A stretch of 64,000 bases of DNA from Leptolyngbyaceae cyanobacterium. GTDB taxonomy: Bacteria; Cyanobacteriota; Cyanobacteriia; Phormidesmidales; Phormidesmidaceae. The position numbers and the translations under genes are program-made. Location: assembly GCA_965263355.1 (NCBI GenBank), contig CBDHHL010000032.1, forward strand, positions 1,600,001-1,664,000. The letters run 5' to 3'. Below, piece after piece: positions 29,464-36,802 of the stretch (within the stretch, counting starts at the first letter, position 1; every line of letters starts with the position of its first letter). The notes under the pieces were generated by a model that saw only the letters and a list, made by a program, of their open reading frames with translations, was not told where the DNA came from and searched no databases.

Positions 29464-30660
29464 ATGAATCATGATGACGCTTTTTCCAATTCTATGTTTG
29501 ACTTGCCAGTTAAGGCGACCAAGTCAACATCGATTGAACCAGTCACTGACATTGACCTTGCAATTGAGCAAGCCAAATCTCCTGTCGGAACCTTAGCGGC
29601 CACCCAAGATTACCAATCTAGGCAGGTGTCTGTAGAGAAATCTCAGTCTCTAGCTTCATCTGTTGTAGATAATTTTTTACCTTCTCCAAATCGTTTTATT
29701 ATGCTGGGTGGTTTAGGCCTGGTTGCTGCACTGGGGATAGGGGGAGTAGCGGCCAATTTTATGACCTATCGCACCACAGTTAAGGCTCAAGCTGTTGTCC
29801 AGCCAGTAGGTGATGTGCAAGTCATACAATCTGGTATGGGAGGAGTTGTTGAAACTATTCTTGTGCAGGAGTATGACACCCTAAAGCCAGACCAGGTGAT
29901 TATTTCTTTTGAGAACTCACCTTTGCAGAATAAGCTGCTTCAAATCGAAGCCAGGATTGCTGGTACTGAGGAGCGCATCTTTCAGGTGGATGGTCAACTT
30001 AAGACCTTAGAACGACGACGATTGGCAGAATCAACTTGGTTACAGCAGCTCACTACATCGGGTTTAGGGATTGGGGGAGGTGCAGCCCAATTTGAATATT
30101 CGAAAGCACGCCTGCTTGAGTATCGCAATGATCTGGCTACTCAGCTTCAAGGAGAACGTGACCAGTTAAAGCAAGCTCAGCAGCAAATTGATAACTTGAT
30201 CATTCGGTCTCCAGCAGCTGGTAGTATTTATGATCTGCAACTAGACAAATTGGGCCAGACTGTAAACGCTAATGAAACTATTGCCAAACTTGTGCCCGAC
30301 GGAGTGGACTTAGAGATCAAAGCATTGATACCGGATACTCAGATTAAAAACGTTGAGGTGGGCTACCCTACGCAGATGAAGTTATCTCAATGTGCGTCTT
30401 TTAGCTTTGGTGCTTTAGAGGGGCAAGTCACTTCGGTAGAACCCCTTCAACCAGACGCAGATACAGATCTAGTCAAATCCAAGGATATCCCCCAAAATAG
30501 TTATATAGTAACCATAAACGCTCCTGAGAAAAGCTTGCAATCTGGCTCACGCATATGTGAGGTGTTGCCTGGTATGAAAGGAGAGTTGAAAATCATGGCT
30601 AATCAGGAAAAGCTTATGAATTTCTTTTTAAGGAAACTGCGTTTCAAAACAAATGTTTGA
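29464..30660 (+). CDS. HlyD-family type I secretion adaptor
   Basis: Single transmembrane helix, IRSPAAG, C..FSFGALEG and C..LPGM motifs; directly downstream of PCAT 1. Confidence 0.88.
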   Translation: MNHDDAFSNSMFDLPVKATKSTSIEPVTDIDLAIEQAKSPVGTLAATQDYQSRQVSVEKSQSLASSVVDNFLPSPNRFIMLGGLGLVAALGIGGVAANFMTYRTTVKAQAVVQPVGDVQVIQSGMGGVVETILVQEYDTLKPDQVIISFENSPLQNKLLQIEARIAGTEERIFQVDGQLKTLERRRLAESTWLQQLTTSGLGIGGGAAQFEYSKARLLEYRNDLATQLQGERDQLKQAQQQIDNLIIRSPAAGSIYDLQLDKLGQTVNANETIAKLVPDGVDLEIKALIPDTQIKNVEVGYPTQMKLSQCASFSFGALEGQVTSVEPLQPDADTDLVKSKDIPQNSYIVTINAPEKSLQSGSRICEVLPGMKGELKIMANQEKLMNFFLRKLRFKTNV

Positions 30661-30665
30661 GTTAC

Positions 30666-31325
30666 ATGGAAACTAACTTAGGACAGCCTGACGAACAACA
30701 AGAACAGCAGGAGGAGAAAGAGTTATTCCCCTCAGGGGGTAATTTAGCGTTTAGAGATATCACTCTAGTCGCTAATGATTTAGTGCTAGATACAGCCCCC
30801 CCCCCGCCTCAGCTCTATTCAAAATCTGGGGAACCTAAACAAAATTCCTATACTGTAGAGCTTTTCTGGGATGAGGCCTTAGTAACGGCAACTGAGTTAT
30901 TCTATGGTCAAACTACATATCTTTTAGAGAACATTGACTCACTACAAATTCTTAAATTACACGGAAAACGGTCAGTTATCAAAAAAAAGCTCAGCAATTT
31001 TCTAGCTGGAACGATAACGACAGTTGGATTAGTATTGCTCTTGGGCCCGGTTACCTGGTTTTTACATTTATTGGGTTTGATATTAGCGGTTGCTAGTATG
31101 GGCTATGCCATTTACTTTAATTGGTGGCTAGAGCAGCGTAGGCGAGGGGAGTTTGGCCTACTTATGACGATGAAATTAAATTCAAAAGTTGTTATCACAA
31201 GCCATAGCTTAAAAGCTATTCAAGCTCTTTATCAAATTATGTTTCGACGTTTAGATATGGCTGATCCCAATGGCGAATCTTTAATGGTCAATATGTATAC
31301 AGGCCAAACTATAAGTTACCAGTAG
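30666..31325 (+). CDS. Hypothetical two-helix membrane protein (DUF6232-like)
   Basis: Follows HlyD with almost no gap. TTYLLENIDSL precedes two hydrophobic helices. The family assignment is tentative. Confidence 0.65.
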   Translation: METNLGQPDEQQEQQEEKELFPSGGNLAFRDITLVANDLVLDTAPPPPQLYSKSGEPKQNSYTVELFWDEALVTATELFYGQTTYLLENIDSLQILKLHGKRSVIKKKLSNFLAGTITTVGLVLLLGPVTWFLHLLGLILAVASMGYAIYFNWWLEQRRRGEFGLLMTMKLNSKVVITSHSLKAIQALYQIMFRRLDMADPNGESLMVNMYTGQTISYQ

Positions 31326-31452
31326 CATAAGAAATATGGTTAACTTGAGCATCCTAGAGTTTGCCATTGCTGAGCCGAACTGCGATTTCATCTGCAAGAG
31401 CCTGATACATAGATTGTTTTATAGAGCGGTTCATCCTCTAAGTCAACAGTGG

Positions 31453-32787
31453 CTAGAGTTGAGTTGTTAACCTTAGCTTACGCCACACTATTCTTGAAAC
31501 AGATTCCCTTCGAGTAAGAATATCAGCTCGTCCTGTCATCCCAGCTTGTAAATCACAGGATGCATATTTACTGCTCAGGACAGGACGTGAAAGTTGAAGT
31601 GTAATCTCGTATAATCCACTGCTGGTAGTATTACGAATTTCATCAGGTAAAGCTTCTGGCAATAGTGTATCTGGAGAAATAGTCTTAACCTTAGCCGCTA
31701 GAGTGCCATAATCAGTATATGGGCAAGCGGAAATACGTAGCTGAGCAGATTGATTATTCTCGATAGTATTAATATCTTGTGGCTCTACCCAAGCTTTTGC
31801 AAGCAGGGAGGCATCACTGGCTGCAATTTGAGCAATTGGATCACCTAGGTTAACCACTTGGGCATTATTGCGTAACTCTAACATCTGAATCGTACCTGAT
31901 ACCGGGGCTCTTAGGGTTAGTAAGGCTATTTCGGTCTGAGTCTGGGTCTGGTCTCGTTGAATTTGATTTAGCTGATCTAAAAGGTTGCTTCTTTGCTGAG
32001 TCAGAGTTTCAGACTCTTGCTGTAATTGGGCTAAGGTAGCGCTGCCCTGGGCTTTGGTCTGAGTGATTTGTTGCTGGGCAATCGCTAATTCAGCACGACT
32101 AGGCTGCGAAGTTGCCTTAGCTTTTTCAAATCGCGCGATCGCAGTTTCCAGAGCCACTTCCTGTTCTCGTAGTTGACTGGCGGCAATCGCCCCTTGCTCG
32201 ACCAGTTGGCTATAACGCTCTGTATTTTCTTGAGCAAACTCAATTTCTGCCTGGATCTCACGCAGATCGGCCTGATTGACTAACTGGCGTTCTATCAACT
32301 CTTGTTGAGCTAGGGTTAACTCTGCCACTGTTGCTTTTAAATTACCTTGAATTTGTTCAGCAGTAGCGGTTGTGCGTTGCTGGAGTGATTGTAGCTGATT
32401 GTCAATTTGAGTTAGCTGCTGTTGAATCTGAATCGCGCTAGTCTGTAATTGCACCGCTTGATTTTGGAGCTGGGTGTCATCCAGATATGCGATCGCATCT
32501 CCCACATTTATCCACTCATTTTCCTGCACCATAATTTGACGAATCCGCCCTGAAGCGGTCGCCTCTACCAGGCGCAAATCTCCTTCAGGACGGATCATGA
32601 CAGGAGCTTTAATTGTTTCGTTGTAGGTTACAGTCTGGCATAAAAGAAAAACTGTACCTACTGTAATAACGCCCGCTAAACCACTCAACCGTTGCCATAA
32701 GCGTAATGGTGGCAACAAGTCTTCTGGTACTATTTCAGGCAAAATAGCCAGACTATCCGATTGATCGTTAGGTATATCAGTTTGCAT
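31453..32787 (-). CDS. HlyD-family type I secretion adaptor
   Basis: Long coiled coil, LRAPVSG, ISACPYTDYGTL and LQAGMTGRADI. Confidence 0.92.
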   Translation of the reverse strand: MQTDIPNDQSDSLAILPEIVPEDLLPPLRLWQRLSGLAGVITVGTVFLLCQTVTYNETIKAPVMIRPEGDLRLVEATASGRIRQIMVQENEWINVGDAIAYLDDTQLQNQAVQLQTSAIQIQQQLTQIDNQLQSLQQRTTATAEQIQGNLKATVAELTLAQQELIERQLVNQADLREIQAEIEFAQENTERYSQLVEQGAIAASQLREQEVALETAIARFEKAKATSQPSRAELAIAQQQITQTKAQGSATLAQLQQESETLTQQRSNLLDQLNQIQRDQTQTQTEIALLTLRAPVSGTIQMLELRNNAQVVNLGDPIAQIAASDASLLAKAWVEPQDINTIENNQSAQLRISACPYTDYGTLAAKVKTISPDTLLPEALPDEIRNTTSSGLYEITLQLSRPVLSSKYASCDLQAGMTGRADILTRRESVSRIVWRKLRLTTQL

Positions 32788-32803
32788 CTCTATAAAAGTC
32801 TCT

Positions 32804-34948
32804 TTAGGGAGTTAAGAAGAACCAATGTTCTCCTGGTTGTTTCGATAGTTCAGAGGGTTCACCTTCAAGGGCTAGTTCACCACGGTCAAGCATTACTAAC
32901 CAGTCAGCTTGCAAAATTACACGGGGACGATGACTAATCATGATAGTGGTTTTCCCCTTACGATAGAACAACAGTTTATCTAATACACGCATTTCTAAGT
33001 CAGGATCCAGGGCGCTGGTAGACTCATCTAAAATCAGTACAGGTGGGTCTTTAACAATAGCCCGTGCTAGAGCCAAACGCTGAAGCTGTCCTCCAGAGAG
33101 ATTTGCACCAAATTCTCCTAAGATAGTTTGAAACTTTTCTGGCAAATCACCAATAAATTCATCAACCTGAGCAATCTGGCAAGCCTGGATGATTTTTTCA
33201 AAGCTGATGTTAGGATTGCCGACATAGAAGTTTTCTAAAATAGAACGGTTCCAAAAGTGAGCTTGTTGGGGAACAAGTACGACTTGCTGCCGTAAGCAGT
33301 CAAGAGAGAGATCGCCCTGGTTGTAACAACCATAGCGAATGTTGCCAGACTGCAATGTATATAGCCCAGCAATCAGCTTAACGAGCGTACTTTTACCACA
33401 GCCAGAATGACCAATCAGTGCGGTTGCCTGCCCTCCTGGTATAGTTACAGAGAAATCCTTAAGCAGGGCAACACGCCCTATATGGCAAAAGTGTAACTGC
33501 TCGCACACAATATCATCTGTACCGGGCAGAGGTGCAAAGGGTTTATTTTTATTATTCACATATTCATTTGGAGCATTAATCACCTCCGAGAGTCGCTGGG
33601 CTGCTACACGGGTACGGGTAACCTCATCACTTAGCTCTACGAGGGACTCCACAAGCAGAGTAATATACTGATTGAGGGTATTAAATGCTAGCAGTTGGCC
33701 AATTGTAAGTTCTTGTTTTGTAACTAGCCAACCTCCTATCCAGAGGATGATAATTGCTCCCACTGAAGATAGTAACCGAGAAAAAACACTATTTGCGATC
33801 GCCAGCTGATTTCTCTCCAAAGCCAGCCGCCCCAATCGACTAAATCGACGTTGAAACTCATCCCAAAACTGCGGTGCCGCATAAATTGTCTTAAGAGTTA
33901 ACGCTCCTTTAAAGGTTTCTACCAATAACCCCTGATTATCAGCATCAGTGATTAATAGATTTTGCGTACGGACTTTGAGGGCAGGCCACAACGCTACCAT
34001 TGACAGTGTCATGAGCAATGCAGCCCCCAGAGCTACCCCTGTTAAGAGTCGGCTATAAGCCACCATAAGCCCCAATGCAATCAGTGCAACAAACGTCTGG
34101 GTAGGCACCGTAATAATACTTTGGGCAATTAATTGGTTAACCGTTTGAATATCTTGCAGACGACTGATCGTCTCACCACTACGATGGGACTCAAAATAAC
34201 TTAAGGGCAACTGTAATAGCTGTCGCCCAAAGTTTAAAGTGAGCTTAAGTTCCAAACGCTGAGCAAAGTGTGCAATCAAATTTGACTGTACCCAGCTCAT
34301 AAAGCTGCGTAATCCATTTAGAGTCACCACCACAATGGCAATGGTGCCGAGCATACGTAAATCTTGACGGACTAAAATATCATCCGTCAACATCTGAATA
34401 AGCAGTGGCAAAGCTAAGGCCAGTAATCCAATACCTAAATTGATCAACAACGCTTCAGTGAGCAATTGCCGGTAAGGTTTTAATGCTCTTAGAAAGCTAC
34501 CGAACCCCTCTACAGGATCATTTTCATGGGCATAAAACCGGGCATCGTCCAGTTCCAGCAGTAGCATGACTCGGTCAGCCCAGCTTTTTACCAGGTCGTC
34601 TCGGGTTAAACGCCTTACCCCTACTGCCGGATCGGCAATCACATAGCGCTGCCTCTTCTTGCCGTAGAGCACTACCCAGTGATAGCCACGCCAGTGAATA
34701 ATAGCTGGTAGGGGAGCTTCTGCTAAGCGATCAATTAGCTGATCGCTAGCTTGTACAGCTTGGGCTTGAAACCCCAAAATCTCTGCACCGCGTCGTAAGC
34801 CTAGTAATGTAGTGCCTAATTGCCCGGTGCCTACCATTTCACGCATACGGCTAAGGCTAAAATTTCGGCCATAGTACTTAGCTACTGTCGCTAAACAAGC
34901 TGCACCACAATCTTCTTCACTGTGCTGTAAAACAGATGCATATCTCAT
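32804..34948 (-). CDS. Peptidase-domain ABC transporter (PCAT 2) with an intact C39 Cys/His/Asp triad
   Basis: QHSEEDCGAAC, IIHWRGYHWVV, IADPA, Walker A GHSGCGKS and LSGGQLQR. Confidence 0.95.
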   Translation of the reverse strand: MRYASVLQHSEEDCGAACLATVAKYYGRNFSLSRMREMVGTGQLGTTLLGLRRGAEILGFQAQAVQASDQLIDRLAEAPLPAIIHWRGYHWVVLYGKKRQRYVIADPAVGVRRLTRDDLVKSWADRVMLLLELDDARFYAHENDPVEGFGSFLRALKPYRQLLTEALLINLGIGLLALALPLLIQMLTDDILVRQDLRMLGTIAIVVVTLNGLRSFMSWVQSNLIAHFAQRLELKLTLNFGRQLLQLPLSYFESHRSGETISRLQDIQTVNQLIAQSIITVPTQTFVALIALGLMVAYSRLLTGVALGAALLMTLSMVALWPALKVRTQNLLITDADNQGLLVETFKGALTLKTIYAAPQFWDEFQRRFSRLGRLALERNQLAIANSVFSRLLSSVGAIIILWIGGWLVTKQELTIGQLLAFNTLNQYITLLVESLVELSDEVTRTRVAAQRLSEVINAPNEYVNNKNKPFAPLPGTDDIVCEQLHFCHIGRVALLKDFSVTIPGGQATALIGHSGCGKSTLVKLIAGLYTLQSGNIRYGCYNQGDLSLDCLRQQVVLVPQQAHFWNRSILENFYVGNPNISFEKIIQACQIAQVDEFIGDLPEKFQTILGEFGANLSGGQLQRLALARAIVKDPPVLILDESTSALDPDLEMRVLDKLLFYRKGKTTIMISHRPRVILQADWLVMLDRGELALEGEPSELSKQPGEHWFFLTP

Positions 34949-35229
34949 AGATAGGGGTAGACACGGTTTAATTCAGCGTGCCCACCCAAACTCTAAAGCA
35001 ATGTTTCTTGCTCAAAGAAATTAGAGTTGGCTATTTTCAAGTTAAAAAACCGAGTAGAGAATAGTATTTATCCAATGGCTGTCAACAGTAAATTTACGAG
35101 GCGGGATTTACAGACACTTAATAGATTTTCGCCAAATGGCTGATGACAATACGCAAAATGTCTAGTTTTTACTTACTTAGATGACACATACCCGTTTAAT
35201 GTTAATAAAAGATCCCTGAGTTAGCCCTG

Positions 35230-35305
35230 AACTTTATCTGTAACTTCCGCAATTTCCTGAGTGGTATTAACAGGAATATTGGTTTTAATAAATACAAACA
35301 CCCCA
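35230..35305 (+). promoter_or_regulatory. Promoter region of precursor 1 (paralogous to 35894-35969)
   Basis: Conserved block CTTTAnCTGnAACTTnCGCAATnTCCTnnGTG; the CGCAAT starts 109 nt upstream of the ATG. Confidence 0.6.
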
Positions 35306-35356
35306 CAACCTTAAAGTTGTATTAACCATTTGCCGTGTTTTTAATAGGTTAAGAAA

Positions 35357-35521
35357 ATGTTTTCTAAGCGTTCCGACAAAAAGCAATCGTCTCAAAGTAC
35401 ATCTCAGTCCAAAGCAAACTCTTCCACCTTATGGAATAGCTTAAGTGAAAAGCAAGAAGAACAGATCAATGGTGGCTTCTATTATTACTACGATAATCGT
35501 TCTTGCTGTTACTACTATTAA
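35357..35521 (+). CDS. Double-glycine precursor peptide 1 (54 aa), Tyr-rich core FYYYYDNRSCCYYY
   Basis: Hand translation: MFSKRSDKKQSSQSTSQSKANSSTLWNSLSEKQEEQINGG-FYYYYDNRSCCYYY*. The leader matches the three downstream precursors. Absent from the ORF track. Confidence 0.9.
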   Translation: MFSKRSDKKQSSQSTSQSKANSSTLWNSLSEKQEEQINGGFYYYYDNRSCCYYY

Positions 35522-35700
35522 AGACTCTTATCGTTGAATAAAGATAAGCATGGATAGTATCAATGACAGCCTTAAAGCGTTTTTTCAATAGTTGAACATA
35601 GTCAATTGTTGCTAACTACAGATAAAAGAAAAATCATAAAATCGATTGTGCCCTAGATCAAGCAACAGCTAATTGAATTCGGCGAATAGCTACTTTAACG

Positions 35701-35738
35701 AATTCAGTAATGTCAGTTTTTGACATTACTGAATTTTT
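35701..35738 (+). terminator. Intrinsic terminator after precursor 1
   Basis: Perfect 15-bp stem AATTCAGTAATGTCA / TGACATTACTGAATT followed by T residues. Confidence 0.7.
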
Positions 35739-35893
35739 CTGTAGAGTAAGTTTCTAATTGAGCAAAAGTACTTGACATCCAGCGTATGTCTTCAGCCAAA
35801 TAGCTGTTCTTTTCATGTTTTTCCTTGAATACTTAAAGTCTAGTTTATCGTTTACTCACAGTATTTTTAGCAATCCATTAATCTCTACTTATA

Positions 35894-35969
35894 AGCTTTA
35901 CCTGGAACTTACGCAATCTCCTAGGTGAGAATATCCAAAAAATTAGCTTCAATAGATATACAAACCTCC
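35894..35969 (+). promoter_or_regulatory. Promoter region of precursors 2-4 (paralogous to 35230-35305)
   Basis: Same block, CTTTACCTGGAACTTACGCAATCTCCTAGGTG; the CGCAAT starts 108 nt upstream of the ATG. Confidence 0.6.
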
Positions 35970-36019
35970 AATAGTTTCATTGTTGCTCAACAGAGTCTAC
36001 TGCATTTTCTCTCAAACCC

Positions 36020-36211
36020 ATGTCTCATAAAATAAATCAGCAAGCATCCAGTAACATCTCATCAAAGTCTTCCCAAAAAAGTAAATCTACAAAACTGTGG
36101 CAAGCTCTAACAGAAAATGAGCAAGAAGTTACCAAAGGTGGGTTTGGTTTTCCCGGCTTTCCTGGAGGACCTGCTCTTCCCGGTTATACCAATAACACAG
36201 GCAAAGGTTAG
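36020..36211 (+). CDS. Double-glycine precursor peptide 2, core FGFPGFPGGPALPGYTNNTGKG
   Basis: Leader ends LWQALTENEQEVTKGG. Confidence 0.9.
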   Translation: MSHKINQQASSNISSKSSQKSKSTKLWQALTENEQEVTKGGFGFPGFPGGPALPGYTNNTGKG

Positions 36212-36236
36212 TTCGTCTTAAAGGATAATAATAGTT

Positions 36237-36422
36237 ATGTTCCGCACAAAAGATCGACAAGTATCCAGTAACGTTTCACCAGAGTCTTCTCAAAAGACGC
36301 AATCTACACAATTGTGGCAAGCTCTAACAGAAATCGAACAAGAAGTTCCTAAGGGTGGGTTTGGTTTCCCTGGCTTTCCCGGTGGTCCTATGCGTCCTGG
36401 TGATGGAAGAAAAAGAGGATAG
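36237..36422 (+). CDS. Double-glycine precursor peptide 3, core FGFPGFPGGPMRPGDGRKRG
   Basis: Leader ends LWQALTEIEQEVPKGG; tandem paralog of precursor 2. Confidence 0.9.
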   Translation: MFRTKDRQVSSNVSPESSQKTQSTQLWQALTEIEQEVPKGGFGFPGFPGGPMRPGDGRKRG

Positions 36423-36470
36423 GTTTTATCAAGTTTAAGGTCGTTTAAGTCTACTTTTTTGGAGTTAGTC

Positions 36471-36653
36471 ATGTTTTTAAACTTGCACTGTCAATCATCA
36501 ACTAAGACAAGAAGTCAGTCTACAGCACAGAATTCATCAACAAATCAGTTATGGACAAAGCTGACAGAGTCTGATCAAGAAATCATCAAGGGAGGGAATG
36601 GACTCGTTTTTTTCTTTCCTGGATTTCCACCATCAAGAGAACGTAATCATTAA
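36471..36653 (+). CDS. Double-glycine precursor peptide 4, core NGLVFFFPGFPPSRERNH
   Basis: GGAG at 36461 and ATG at 36471; leader ends LWTKLTESDQEIIKGG. Confidence 0.88.
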   Translation: MFLNLHCQSSTKTRSQSTAQNSSTNQLWTKLTESDQEIIKGGNGLVFFFPGFPPSRERNH

Positions 36654-36659
36654 GTTTCC

Positions 36660-36696
36660 AAAAGTAGCTACTATCCCATAGATGGTGGCTACTTTT
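36660..36696 (+). terminator. Intrinsic terminator after the precursor array
   Basis: AAAAGTAGCTACTATC / GATGGTGGCTACTTTT stem with G-U pairs. Confidence 0.7.
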
Positions 36697-36802
36697 GATT
36701 GTTGGGCGGCGTAGTGTACATAGAGTAAAAGTTATAGCTTCCCTCCCTGAGGGCACCCTAATACTGAACTGCGTCTAGGGTATATTGCATTACCAATCGC
36801 CT

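Noticed and set aside
35357..36653. Lanthipeptide, cyanobactin or microviridin interpretation of the precursors
   Set aside because: No modifying enzymes in the island, three cores lack Cys, and no microviridin or cyanobactin recognition motifs. The radical SAM genes in the window (hemW, moaA) are housekeeping.
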